A DNA stretch of 63,172 bases, the filler included, from Trichomonas gallinae (taxonomy: Eukaryota), in NCBI GenBank assembly GCA_008369845.1. It is 8 parts of 8 records of this genome, joined end to end, with 100 filler letters (N's around TTAATTAATTAA, not from the genome) between each part and the next. Parts side by side here need not be neighbours in the genome. Positions count along the whole stretch, not along the records: positions 1 to 17,816 come from MRSU01000154.1; 7 more parts are not named here. The stretch is one strand, 5' to 3'. Below are positions 1 through 11,778 of this stretch, piece by piece. The position numbers and the translations under genes are program-made. A model generated the notes under the pieces. The model was not told where the DNA came from, did no database searches, and saw nothing but the letters and a program-made list of their open reading frames with translations. Position 1 is the stretch's first letter; every line of letters begins with the position of its first letter.

Positions 1-112
1 ATCTAAAAAATAATTCTGTCGCTTAATTTTTTAATTAATCGACCCTAATGCTCACTTTTGGAGAGGTCATCCAAATCTAGTCGATAGCTATTTGGCTGGA
101 GCGGACCCTTAA
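1..112. mobile_element. Right terminus of a Kolobok-type (TTAA target) DNA transposon or MITE entering from the left edge
   Basis: CTATTTGGCTGGAGCGGACCC (88-108) followed by TTAA (109-112); 19/21 identical to the right TIR of the complete element at 61010-61030. Confidence 0.65.
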
Positions 113-899
113 TTTTATTCATTAATTATTTAAATTTTAACTCTACGAAATTAATTAATTATTAGTATAGAATATAATCTAGTGAATTTTAGTTAAAATA
201 ACTGGTATTTTTAGAGATCGATTAAGGAACATTGCTAATATTACAATAACATTCAATAAAAACAATTGCTTTAACAATTTTGATACCAACTATATGAGTA
301 ATTTTCGTTTAAATCCAAAAGCAATTTTTTTGGTCTCGCAACGTTTTTTCCTAGGTTTTGAGTGGTATCAATTTATCTTTTAGACATATATCAAGTTTAC
401 ATCATATACATCATGTGAATACAAAGACTACACGCATTTTAGATCAAAACAATTTCCGATCTTTTTGAAAGTTCAAAATTATCGTTCAATTTTACAAAAT
501 ACTATATGTATACAATTAGCTATAATAGGAAATATGAAGCAAAATGAAATGTCAATTGATGATTTTTACGGGCGCAAAAGCAATCCAAAAATGCGTGAAA
601 ATTATCATTATGATACATATGGTAATTAATTATTTAAAATTGCTTTGAAATTTGAATTAAAAGTAATCGTTTGTTACTATAATACTTTTTGTTGTTGAAA
701 CTAGAATTTATAGATGTGAAAAGATAATATGATCAAGTTGTCAATTTTTTGTTGTTAAAACAAACTTTTTTACGATAGTCATAGTTTTATTTTAATGAGA
801 AGGAAGGATAAATCTACCAAAAATAAATTAAAATTTGATATGAGCGGAAAACCGTTTCACTTTGAGAGAGATTTACGATGATTTTTCGGTATTTCTCAA

Positions 900-914
900 T
901 TGACTTCATTTTTC
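900..914 (+). promoter_or_regulatory. Initiator (Inr) core promoter of INO1
   Basis: TTGACTTCATTTTTC containing TCATTTT ends 4 nt before ATG 919; matches the trichomonad TCA(Py)(T/A) Inr. Confidence 0.7.
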
Positions 915-918
915 GAGA

Positions 919-2457
919 ATGCTCGCTAACGAGTTCAAGGTTGATTCACCAAACGTCGAAATCAAGGGAGAAGAGATGATCTCCAAGTATGATTACCACA
1001 CATCACACGTTGTTGCTGGTGCTGATGGAATCAAGATTGTTCCAGAAACAAAGAAGTTCGAGTTCAAGACCAATCTCCACGTTCCAAAGACAGGTGTTAT
1101 GCTTGTTGGTTGGGGTGGCAACAACGGTACAACACTTACATCCGGTGTTTACGCAAACAAGAAGGGCCTAGTTTGGGATACAAAGCGTGGTGAGGTCAAG
1201 GCTAACTACCACGGCTCACTCACACAGTGCGCTACAACATACCTCGGCCAGGACGAGAAGGGAACAACATATGTTGCCCCATTCAAGTCATTACTCCCAA
1301 TGCTTAATCCAAACGACCTCGTCATCGGTGGCTGGGATATTTCCAAAATGAACATCTACGAAGCATGCAGACGTGCTCACGTTATGGAGCCAGTCATGAT
1401 CAACATGCTCAAGGAAGATCTCGAGAAGATGGTTCCACTTCCAGCTGTCTTCGATTTGGACTTCGTTGCTCCAAACCAGAAGAATCGTGCTGACAACGTT
1501 ATCCCAGGCACAAAGTGGGAACAGCTCGAGACAGTTCGTAAGCAGATGCGCGAATTCAAGGAGAAGAACCATCTCGAGAAGGTCATCATCCTTTGGACAG
1601 CCAACACAGAGCGTTACTGCGCTGTTACAGAGGGCGTACACATGACACCAGAACAATTACTCGATGCTATCAAGAACAACCATCCAGAAATCGCTCCATC
1701 TCAGATCTACGCTGTCGCTGCTATCCTCGAGCACATCCCATACATCAATGGTTCTCCACAGAACACATTCGTTCCAGGACTTATCCAGCTCGCTGAACGT
1801 GAGAACGTCGCCATCATGGGTGATGACTTCAAGACAGGTCAGACAAAGTTCAAGTCTGTCATGGCTGACTTCCTCGTCACATCTGGCCTCAAGCTCACAG
1901 CTGTTGCTTCTTACAACCACCTTGGTAACAACGATGGCCTCAACCTCGACTTCGACCTTTGCTTCCGCTCCAAGCAGATCTCAAAGTCTTCCGTCATTGA
2001 TGATATTGTTGGCTACAACCCAATCCTCTATCCAAACGGCGAGCACCCAGACCATATCGTCGTCATCAAGTACGTCCCATCTGTTGGTGACTCAAAGCGT
2101 GCTCTCGATGAATACGACTCTGACATCTTCTGTGGTGGCAAGAACATCATCTCCGTCCACAACACATGCGAGGACTCCCTTCTTGCGGCTCCATTGATGC
2201 TCGACCTCATCATCCTCATGGAACTCTTCACACGTGTCCAGCTCAAGGATGAGACAATGAAGGACTTCGATAACATGAACGCTGTTTACTCCGTTCTTTC
2301 CTTCCTTCTCAAGGCTCCAAGAACCCCAACAGGCACACCAGTTATCAACTCCCTCTTCCAGCAGCGTGCTTGCATGGAGAACATCCTACGTGCTACACGT
2401 GGTCTCCAGCCACTTAACCACATGCATCTTGAATGGAAGATGCCAGCCAAACATTAA
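919..2457 (+). CDS. INO1: myo-inositol-1-phosphate synthase
   Basis: Hallmark motifs GWGGNNG, LWTANTERY, NGSPQNTFVPG, SYNHLGNNDG, CEDSLLAAP; strongly biased codon usage typical of highly expressed genes. Confidence 0.97.
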   Translation: MLANEFKVDSPNVEIKGEEMISKYDYHTSHVVAGADGIKIVPETKKFEFKTNLHVPKTGVMLVGWGGNNGTTLTSGVYANKKGLVWDTKRGEVKANYHGSLTQCATTYLGQDEKGTTYVAPFKSLLPMLNPNDLVIGGWDISKMNIYEACRRAHVMEPVMINMLKEDLEKMVPLPAVFDLDFVAPNQKNRADNVIPGTKWEQLETVRKQMREFKEKNHLEKVIILWTANTERYCAVTEGVHMTPEQLLDAIKNNHPEIAPSQIYAVAAILEHIPYINGSPQNTFVPGLIQLAERENVAIMGDDFKTGQTKFKSVMADFLVTSGLKLTAVASYNHLGNNDGLNLDFDLCFRSKQISKSSVIDDIVGYNPILYPNGEHPDHIVVIKYVPSVGDSKRALDEYDSDIFCGGKNIISVHNTCEDSLLAAPLMLDLIILMELFTRVQLKDETMKDFDNMNAVYSVLSFLLKAPRTPTGTPVINSLFQQRACMENILRATRGLQPLNHMHLEWKMPAKH

Positions 2458-3157
2458 GACTGTATTTAATCAATCTGATAAAACTTTAGATTTATGTGAA
2501 ATTTCACTTCTATTTTTCTTTTTGCAATATACATCCTCCGGTCAATAATATAATATCGGAATCAATATAAAATAACATTTCAGAAAAAAGTTTTGATGAT
2601 TCAACATTATTACTAATTATAGCTATCATAGATGTTTATAGTAATTAAGTGACAAATTTCATAATGATTCATGTCTTGAAATTGAGTTTTTGAAAAAGTA
2701 TTTTATTGAATTTGACCGAGTCAAAAATGTTGATCAATAATTTTCATATATTTCAAAATAATTCATGTATAAAATGCTAATTTTACTATTCATTTCAGCT
2801 TTCGACTCATCAATAAATAAATTTTTGAAACTTCATTTTTATGAAACAAAAGTAATTAAACCGTATTAACTAAGTTGTATATAATATTATTTCATTTTTA
2901 ATATTACCAGATTACTATGATTTTATTTGAAAAATATTTTATAAGTCATAAATTGAACTTATCTATCGAATAAATTAAATATATATGAAATAATAAAATA
3001 TTTTTTGCTGAATCAAGGTCATTTAATGGCCAACTAAAAAAGTCAATAAAAAAAACATGAAAATAAACTCGTTTTAACGCAATTTTTACCATAATTAGCT
3101 GCGCAAAAAACAATTTTGATAGCTTCAATTGAAGTGTCATTATTTTGTGTAATTCTG

Positions 3158-6100
3158 ATGACTTCGTCGTCAGAGCTTTATATTGCAGTTTTTTCTCGCT
3201 TAATTGAATCATTTCTACCTAGATTCAATGCTCTGACAGCAGCTTATGACGAATCACTGCATAACAATGAGAATTCAGTTAAGCTAAGTACGCTACTTAA
3301 CGATTTCTGCAAAAATACACCATTATACGGTTCAGTAGTGACTTCCATGTGCGATTTAGCAAAGACTCATACGTCAAACTTCCTACAAAATTTAATCGAT
3401 TTATTTATCAACGCAATAATATTACAAGAACCAGGAATTTTCTCACTTTTACTCACACATAATCCTATAACACTACAATCGTCAAAATCTTCGCATGATG
3501 TCTGTATTTACCTCGCTTTATACATATCAACAGACATAATTGGAGAAATTATTCATAAATACGGAACGAGCGATCAAGGTGCGAATGTGGCAAGATGTGC
3601 CTTCAAAATTTGCGATCCTTCTGTGCAAATTGAAATTCATGAATTTTTATTGAAGCGCTGGTCAACAATATTGGCCGTAGCTAGTCTTACTTGCTTCCAA
3701 GAAGTCAAAAATCTCTTCAATAACTACATAGATTCAGTAAATAACGAAATATTATTTCCATTGATTTCAAAAATACGTTTAGATTCAAATCTCGTACTTG
3801 GATCAGTATTTCTCGAAGAAATAGTTACAGTTCTCAAAGGGATGCAGAAAAGGAAAGAACTTTCAAGTAAAATCTTTTCTTGCGTCGCATCTATACTTTC
3901 TTCAGTGAACTACAGATGTGAAGCACTTCAAAAGATCTACGATATTGTTAATTACGAAAAAGAAGACTCAAAAGTGAAAGATGGCGCATTTGAATTAATG
4001 GTTACTTTGTTCCAAGTTTTACCAAATAAAGAAGGTGAAGTACAAAAGTTCTTCCAGAAGAGAGTCTATATTCACGCAGGAGAAGAAAGAAAAACTGAAA
4101 GAGATCTTAAATTATTTTCTAAATTGTTATCTGGCAGTTATCAATCGCAAGAAGTATCAGAAAATGATATTTCTTTCATAGGAATGACAGGAGCAAATGT
4201 CAGCGACCTTCCACCAGTCTTTATGAACATTTATTTCAAAAAAGCAAACTTCGCAATTTGTCCGCAGATGTTTTCGAACATTCTTCTTCATCTTGCTTCT
4301 ATAAATTACACATATTTCCTCCAAGACATGCTTCCAAGCTTCTTGCAGCTTCAGATGACTGACATGAGATTTATTGTCTTATTATCAGTAGTCGAACAAA
4401 TTAATTCCGAGAGTTTCAACAAATTTTCTGTTTCAAAGGTAGAACAGAAAGACATTGACACATTAAATTTATTTATAAGAGGAAAAATTTATCAAAACTT
4501 AAATTGTTTGCAATCGAAAGAAGAAAAATATGTTCCATTACAATACTTGGAAGGTGCATGGAGAAGAATCAGCCAGGCAGACCAAAAAGTGCAAATGTTC
4601 TTGGAACAAAACAATCTTGACAAATTCGAAATGCTCGTCATGAAATATAATTTAAGTCGAGAAAGTGAATACTATGCTTTGGACGTTCAGCTTTTAAGAG
4701 TTTTGTCATTTGTTTTAGAGAAAAATGATTTCGTTGAAAGCGGAGTTTTAGTTTTTATCTGTGAATGCTGCAATTCTCCAAGATTACATACAGCTTTAGC
4801 AGCAATCAATCTTGCTGAATTCATTTTCAAGATTCCTGAACTTCAGATGCCATTCGCTAAGGCATTGATTGAAAATACAATTAAAGCAATGACGAAAGAA
4901 TCATTGTTTGTTGCTTTGAAACTCTTAATGACATTTTTAAACTACACACAAAAAGCAATTCCACAGCCAGTATTGCATGATATACAGTTCTATTGTTTCA
5001 TTGGCATTGTTTCATCACAGCCAAACACAAGAATATTGGCATGGAAAGTATTAGAAAAATGCGACGAGTTGTTGGATCACAGAGGATTAATGTTCTATAT
5101 TCACCAAGCAATGCCAACAATCGACAAATACGTCAAAATGAAACTACTCAAGAAGACAGGAAACAAAGATGACATAATGTTCAGATGGGTTTCAGACTCA
5201 AGATATTACGAAGTTTGGCTATTTTATATTCATGAGTTGGTTGAAGTAGTTCTCGCCACAAATTACACTCCATTGATGCAAAGAATCAGTGATCATGTCT
5301 ATGGTTTCCTCATGAAGCATGGAAATGAAAAAGTCTTAGGTGCTCCAGTAGTTATTGCTTTGTGCACAATTTATCTTGGCTCTAAAGTCAACATGGATGC
5401 TTATCTAAGATGCCCACAAATCTACAACGTTCCTTTGTTTGAAAAAAGAAGCGGAAGTGTAGCAACATCATCGATAAACATTCTATATAAAATGATTGAA
5501 GGTAGTGCAAGATGGAATGATCATTTGGCTTTCAGTATCATCAAATATCTTAACATTTCTTATGCAGGAGATGTCGCAGAGATTTTATCTGCATGCAAGC
5601 CACAACAAATGAGAGAAGCGTCAACAGCATTTTTGACATTACTTGATTCGCCTCAGTTCAATGATAGAATATTGAGCTACATTCTTGTCAAAGCTTTAAA
5701 TTTCTTGACAGCTATGCATGGAGCTTTATTTGCTTGCGAGGCAACATCACTGAGAACAATAACTAGAGATCAAGAGAAGAATGTAGTCAGAGCACAAAAA
5801 TTATGCGAAAATTACTGCCAACTTATCATCAAAATTGCCACGAAAAATGTTTTAGTTGATGATTGGTCATTGTCATCACGTGAAGTCGTTTTAAGAGGTT
5901 TGCTGAATTGGGCACAAACAGAAACTCCTGTATTAGAGCCATTAAGAAAGATCTCCAAGCAAGCTATGGCAACATTAGCAAAAGCAGGTCCTATGTTTGG
6001 CGATTCAATGGTTTTCGATAAGTCAGCTTGCGAAATATTCGGAGAAATTGAGTTCGAACATTATCATGTTTTATCGCAAATTCTGTTTTACCATGTAAGA

Positions 6101-8257
6101 CTCATTTTAATTCAATTCTGCGATGCTTGCTTGACATCATCTCGTGCTACAGCTGATTTATTCTTCGATGCCTTATTTGTTATTTTCACGGCAGGAAGCG
6201 ATTTCAATGCGAAAGAAATTGGCTGTTTGTTATTGGTTGGATTGGTCTATGAACATATGCAACACCCAAATGCTACAGCATTTATGGATGCATTCACGGC
6301 TTCAGTTTACGAAGGACTTGGTGGAGCAACAGAGTCGATTTTCTGCGAAGCATTTAGGATATTGAGCATTGGCAACTATCATACACCAGTCAAAGAAATT
6401 GTAAATGTTTTGAGATCATTTATTCCTGAAATTCGTTTGTTGCCAAAACAAGATACATGCACAGAGTCTCCTGAGAAGTTCAAGATTTACACACCATATC
6501 AATTCTTGACAGCTTTAATGCAAGCAACTGAAGCAATCACTGAAGAATATGCTTCAACATTTTACTGGCTATGGAATGATTTGCTCGAAAAAACAGATCA
6601 TGAAGAAATCGTTCCTATCTTTATTATAGAATGGGAAAACATTAGGATCAAACAAAAGTTGTTACTTTGGCTTATCAATCAAAATGCTCCGTATATCGTT
6701 GAAAAAGTTATTTCCCGTTGCAGCTTCTCATATTTCATTCACGTTGCATCTAAAGGCAGATCATTCAGATCAGAGGACTGGGTAATTCAACTGTTTTCTA
6801 ATGCATTCGAAGGAAGAATCGGAAGTGTTCCAAGCATCATAGCTGTCCTTCATTTTGCTTTCATGTTCTTCAAAATACCAAACACCCAAATGTTGCTAAT
6901 TTCGATTTGCAAACACTTTGATATTCCACCACCTTCTTCTTCATATGATGAAGACATGGTTGTAACAGTCAGTAAATTCATCGAAAAACTGTCAGAAGAT
7001 GATCCAGAACTTAATGAAGACTGGGGAACAGAAGCATTAAGATGGTTATTCGGCAGCAACAAACTCAAGTTTGCAACATTTTCGTTGAAGATTTACAATC
7101 AGATCCAGAAACCTGTAGATAAGAACATTATCAACGGCATGATCAAAGTTGTCCATTATTATGTATCGCAATATGAAAATGATCCACTCTGCTTAGCAGA
7201 TTTGATTACGGAAGCATTTCGATTTTTCTCGACAAATTTCCCTGAGAATGAATTAACTGCTTTTAGTTTTGCTTCAGCATTCTTAGATTGCAGCGCATTT
7301 CCACCCACTTGCAGAGCGGAATCCGTCAATATCTTTCTAAAGAGTTTGAACAGCCCAACCACTAACAAGCAAGCATGGAGTTTGCTTCCATCAATTGTCA
7401 GGCCTCTTCTTTCAAGCATAGAATTCGATGAAAGATCTCGTCAAATTTTGGAAATTTTGACGAAAACATCAAACTCAAATGAGTTGATGATGATTGCAGC
7501 GCCGCTCAAAGAAGCATTTGGCGGATTTTCATTTACTATGTCAACAGATGCTTTACTCGAAAAAGTTCATGAAACAATTCTATGCAAAGCAATCGAACAT
7601 TATTCGCTGATGATCGAATCAGCAACAGATCAACTCTCTGGACCAATCTTCAGAATTGCATCTCTAATTGTTAATAAAGTCAAGAATGAAAATATCAGAG
7701 AAAACTATGCAGTTCTTTATAAAGCAGCCTTGAATATGATCGGCGCTTGTCCGAATGCGATGCAATTCGTTATTGCGATTGCAGAACATAATCCTGATGC
7801 AGCAATTACAAGTGGACTTGCTTTCACTGACTGGGAAAGATCGTTCGATGATGTCGTTCGTGCTCTATCCAGGATGTTACATTCTGGTGATCACCAAATG
7901 CCGAGATCATCATCAATTCCTAAACTTTCTGATTCTATGTCTCTGCCTACGATCATTGGATTCATTGGGTCAGGAATTAAGCCGAAAGTTATTCCATTTA
8001 CAATGCAGCGCAAAGTCATCAAGGAAATGAAGCGTGTCGTCAGAGACCAGTCGAAATTCATCAAGAAGGTGCCATCGAAGTTTATCAAAGGATATCAATC
8101 TGTCACAACAATGAAATTCCAGAAGTTCACTGCAGGAAGCTGGGAGTTGAAACCATTAGAGCCGCCACAACAGCTGCTTGGAATGATTCCTGTTCCTGAT
8201 TCAGAGAATACTCTAGTAATGGAATACAGTGAGTTTGATGCATCATATTCATTATAA
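3158..8257 (+). CDS. Large (~1700 aa) alpha-helical ARM/HEAT-like protein, possibly Furry/MOR2/TAO3-related
   Basis: Uninterrupted 5.1-kb ORF; first ATG at 3158 (track start is TTG); amphipathic helical composition; RWSTILAVAS resembles the MOR2-PAG1 N-terminal region (weak). Confidence 0.7.
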   Translation: MTSSSELYIAVFSRLIESFLPRFNALTAAYDESLHNNENSVKLSTLLNDFCKNTPLYGSVVTSMCDLAKTHTSNFLQNLIDLFINAIILQEPGIFSLLLTHNPITLQSSKSSHDVCIYLALYISTDIIGEIIHKYGTSDQGANVARCAFKICDPSVQIEIHEFLLKRWSTILAVASLTCFQEVKNLFNNYIDSVNNEILFPLISKIRLDSNLVLGSVFLEEIVTVLKGMQKRKELSSKIFSCVASILSSVNYRCEALQKIYDIVNYEKEDSKVKDGAFELMVTLFQVLPNKEGEVQKFFQKRVYIHAGEERKTERDLKLFSKLLSGSYQSQEVSENDISFIGMTGANVSDLPPVFMNIYFKKANFAICPQMFSNILLHLASINYTYFLQDMLPSFLQLQMTDMRFIVLLSVVEQINSESFNKFSVSKVEQKDIDTLNLFIRGKIYQNLNCLQSKEEKYVPLQYLEGAWRRISQADQKVQMFLEQNNLDKFEMLVMKYNLSRESEYYALDVQLLRVLSFVLEKNDFVESGVLVFICECCNSPRLHTALAAINLAEFIFKIPELQMPFAKALIENTIKAMTKESLFVALKLLMTFLNYTQKAIPQPVLHDIQFYCFIGIVSSQPNTRILAWKVLEKCDELLDHRGLMFYIHQAMPTIDKYVKMKLLKKTGNKDDIMFRWVSDSRYYEVWLFYIHELVEVVLATNYTPLMQRISDHVYGFLMKHGNEKVLGAPVVIALCTIYLGSKVNMDAYLRCPQIYNVPLFEKRSGSVATSSINILYKMIEGSARWNDHLAFSIIKYLNISYAGDVAEILSACKPQQMREASTAFLTLLDSPQFNDRILSYILVKALNFLTAMHGALFACEATSLRTITRDQEKNVVRAQKLCENYCQLIIKIATKNVLVDDWSLSSREVVLRGLLNWAQTETPVLEPLRKISKQAMATLAKAGPMFGDSMVFDKSACEIFGEIEFEHYHVLSQILFYHVRLILIQFCDACLTSSRATADLFFDALFVIFTAGSDFNAKEIGCLLLVGLVYEHMQHPNATAFMDAFTASVYEGLGGATESIFCEAFRILSIGNYHTPVKEIVNVLRSFIPEIRLLPKQDTCTESPEKFKIYTPYQFLTALMQATEAITEEYASTFYWLWNDLLEKTDHEEIVPIFIIEWENIRIKQKLLLWLINQNAPYIVEKVISRCSFSYFIHVASKGRSFRSEDWVIQLFSNAFEGRIGSVPSIIAVLHFAFMFFKIPNTQMLLISICKHFDIPPPSSSYDEDMVVTVSKFIEKLSEDDPELNEDWGTEALRWLFGSNKLKFATFSLKIYNQIQKPVDKNIINGMIKVVHYYVSQYENDPLCLADLITEAFRFFSTNFPENELTAFSFASAFLDCSAFPPTCRAESVNIFLKSLNSPTTNKQAWSLLPSIVRPLLSSIEFDERSRQILEILTKTSNSNELMMIAAPLKEAFGGFSFTMSTDALLEKVHETILCKAIEHYSLMIESATDQLSGPIFRIASLIVNKVKNENIRENYAVLYKAALNMIGACPNAMQFVIAIAEHNPDAAITSGLAFTDWERSFDDVVRALSRMLHSGDHQMPRSSSIPKLSDSMSLPTIIGFIGSGIKPKVIPFTMQRKVIKEMKRVVRDQSKFIKKVPSKFIKGYQSVTTMKFQKFTAGSWELKPLEPPQQLLGMIPVPDSENTLVMEYSEFDASYSL

Positions 8258-8289
8258 TACTCATTAATTATATGCGTTTGTTATTTAAA

Positions 8290-9345
8290 CACTTTTTTTT
8301 ACTAATCAATGTAAGTTGCGTCATTATTATTTATTTAATGCATCCTCAATCTTTGCCGAATATACGGTGGAGGCATGCATGAACATTTTGAATATTTAAT
8401 TTCGATGGATTGATCGCATAATAAGTTTTCAAATTATGATAATTTTTCTGTATTTGATGTTGTGATTAAATCAATATTCTTTGTAGTTGAAAAGCTGGAG
8501 TCACTGAGATAACTGTAATTTACATTGTAGCGGCATAATCTGTAGAATTTTCATATATTTTGAAATGAAATAAATATTGATATGAATTGTTCAAAAAATA
8601 ACATTGACTGAAATTTACTTCAAATGTCCATATATACACAAGAGACTTTCCAACTGTGTTGTTGACAATGCATTATTTAAATAAGTCATAGGATTGATAT
8701 AAAATAGTGCTAATCCGAGTCCAAAATCATCAGTTATTGTTGTGTGACAAAAATTGCAATTAGTGAATCGAAGTGTTGAAGATTTCGTCGGAGTTATAAT
8801 AAAAATGGAGATATCCTGATTTGTACAACAACTAATATTGACAGATTCAATACTCAATTTACCATAATTCATACTAATAGTATCCAACAACTTTATCGGC
8901 ACATCTGATAATACTCGTTTCAATCATTTCATTCTTTGTAGTGGTGTCTTTTATTGATTCATAAAGATAAAATTGGCCAGATTCAGTCCAATAACATTTA
9001 TCTGCATTGCCTGAATAATCGGTTTTGATTGCAGCACCTCTTTCTGCACTTGAATCTGGTAAAATAATAGATACAAAACTGCATTTTTCAATAATAATGT
9101 TAGAACTAACTGCATTATCGATAAATATCATTCTGTTATTTGAATCTTAAAATTTTGTATTTTTTTTATATAGAAATTACCAGTAGAATTCTTATATATG
9201 TATGAATTTTGATTGATTTCTTCTTTTAATGAATCATTTGGATAGAATTTTTCCCATGAATTGCTTATAATTTTATTTATATATATTTTTTAAATGAAAT
9301 TGACGATCAATCAATGCACTAATAATTTTAAATATAAATGATTAC
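8290..9345 (-). pseudogene. Fragmented pseudogene of the trichomonad Cys/Asn-rich GGAI-type beta-helix (Pmp-like) family
   Basis: Fragments in different frames (SWEKFYPN..NFYI; CSF..ERGAAI at 8874-9131; FTNCNF at 8615-8923) parallel the protein at 31296-32276; multiple stops and frameshifts; ends approximate. Confidence 0.6.
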
Positions 9346-10757
9346 GTTGTTTTGAATTTCAGCCTAAATTATAATGATCTTTTTAAATTTAATGCATTGT
9401 TATGCTGTAATTTTCAGTTCTGGTACATGTCTTAGCAAGATATAAAGATACATGTGAAAATATCAATTACGAATCATGAGAAGATTGCGGTTTTTCAAAC
9501 ATAATAAGATTAATAAAATTATGAAATTTACAATTTAATCGACAATGTTATTGTTCCTAAGTCTAATTACACTCTTTATCTACTTTCAAAATAGCTAATC
9601 TATACATGTATCGTTTGTACAGTAAAACAACGACTCAATAACCATTATGACAAAAATATTATAATTCACAATTGTTTTTAGGACAGTTGTTTCATAATTA
9701 ATGTTCTCAAAAATGTATATTTGATTCAAATTTAAGCATCAATATGCAATAATGAAGATGAATCCCAAAAGCAAGATTGAAATTCTATCAAGAATCAGGA
9801 TATATAACAAATGATAAAGAAATCAATATTAACATGCAAAATTGATAATTATATTAAAGCAAAATATCTGATTTCAATAAGGCAACATTCGATCAAAATT
9901 CTAAAACATTAAAATGAAAAGAAATAAGTGATGAATTTTGTTTTTATACTATATATAGATTGCAAATATTAGATTACAACTCAGAGAAAAATCAAAATTC
10001 CTGTGGAAAATTTATCGAAGAGTGCAATCGAATGCAAATTTAGGATATGTAAACTATGTTAAAATAGAATAAAGACATAAATTTTATAAATGCGTACTTA
10101 ACGGATTTTATCTCAAAAATATTTTCTTATGACAAAGTTTTGATTACCACAGAATTTTTTGTTTAATAATCATGACATATCCTTCTTATAAAGATTAAAA
10201 TATAAAAAATTTGATATTGGATGATTAAATTTTGAAATAACAAAAGAATTCAAAATTGAACCTTCGCGAATTTCAATAACTTTCAAAATTTACAGCACTA
10301 ACAATTGTATATAGAATACTCATAATTTTACGAATGATATTAAAATTTTTCGGATAAATTTTGAGTTGTTCAATCAGGACCAATTATAATACCATTTTCA
10401 CTTTTATGTTCTATTTAGCATGAATTATATAACCTTGAAGAAATTTTTGAAAACAAAAAACGTATTTTTTAAAATCAGATGTTTTTTATATCATTATATA
10501 ATTTTAAATCGTTTTACAACGTTTTCGAAAAAATTTAAGCTTTTTCAAAATTATAAACGTTATTTCCGTCATGATTTCCCTATCAATATAAAATATATGT
10601 ATAGGACATTTTAAATATCTAATCTGCGAATCGAAAAATTATACGTTATGATCATATAAAGAAAATTTTGATTAAAAACGCTGTACGGAATGATATAAAG
10701 CTGTAAATTTTTCGTTATTTCAATTTTCAAAATTTTTCTCATTCAAATTATTATTTC

Positions 10758-11387
10758 ATGGAAGGCGAAGTTTGCGACATCTGGCGCAACATTGATGGTA
10801 TCCTGAAAAACACTAACCACCAGGACCACAAGAAGCAGCAGCAACATAACCAGTTTGCCAAGAAAACTCCAAAGACACCTGAAAGACAACCACCAAAGAA
10901 AAGACTTCAGAAGGTTAAACTACCAAGAATAAAGCGTAGTGGATCTGATGAAAAGAACACACTACCTAAAAATCTACAACTACCAAATTATTCTCATGAT
11001 AATATTGTAATGAGAATGTTCTTCTTAAGATGGATGAAGAAGCTTGCTGAGAAGCTACAGTCAAATAATCAAACAGAAAACCAGCCACAAGTCATTAACA
11101 ACAATAATTTCAAATATATCAAAGGCACAAAGATCGATAAACTCCAAATCAAGAAGACAACATTTGTTGATAGCCCGTCTACATTTAATATTGACTTCGA
11201 AATGACTTCTCCGTCACCATCCAAAAATGATTTGGCTTTCAACGCTCTTTCGGATGGCAGTACTATCAATGATATATCTTTCAGCTGCTCAGACTTCCAC
11301 GATTCATTTGAATCGCTCAATGGAGTTCAATCTGGATTGGAAGCTACAATCTATGATTTATCATTGAGCCAGCTGATGGGAAAGTGA
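10758..11387 (+). CDS. Hypothetical low-complexity protein (209 aa)
   Basis: ATG-started ORF with coding-like composition; TCATT and TCAAA motifs upstream. Confidence 0.7.
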   Translation: MEGEVCDIWRNIDGILKNTNHQDHKKQQQHNQFAKKTPKTPERQPPKKRLQKVKLPRIKRSGSDEKNTLPKNLQLPNYSHDNIVMRMFFLRWMKKLAEKLQSNNQTENQPQVINNNNFKYIKGTKIDKLQIKKTTFVDSPSTFNIDFEMTSPSPSKNDLAFNALSDGSTINDISFSCSDFHDSFESLNGVQSGLEATIYDLSLSQLMGK

Positions 11388-11778
11388 GTAGATGCTTTCT
11401 ATAAGCTTGTTTGTGTATTATTGAATGTGTTTCTATTTATGTTAAAATTTCTCGTTTGCAATCTTTCGATATTATCGAGTTTCTATATTTTATTAGCATT
11501 TAATTCATTGAAACTATTTAACATTTGCATTAGGATCAATATAATTCTTAAATTTCAATTTCATGAAAAATGATTTGTTCGAAAAGCCTCATTTCAGATC
11601 TACTAAAACAGAATTTCTCAGTAATATAGTATAAGTATTATTGAAAAAATCAACAAAGAACATTATTCTTTTTATGGAAAAATAAATTTGGGATGAAAAT
11701 CAAGATAAAAGGCATGAAATATAACTAGTGTGTTTATTTTGATCATGAGCACTAAATAAGCACGCATTGAACAAAGAT

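Noticed and set aside
989..2548. Overlapping alternative-frame and antisense ORFs in INO1 (also in ADH, BspA and the cyclase)
   Set aside because: Shadow ORFs caused by codon bias; no motifs
9400..10400. Coding-like purine-rich stretch (also 55950-56260 and 58460-59040)
   Set aside because: Possible relics, but no supportable family motif or ORF
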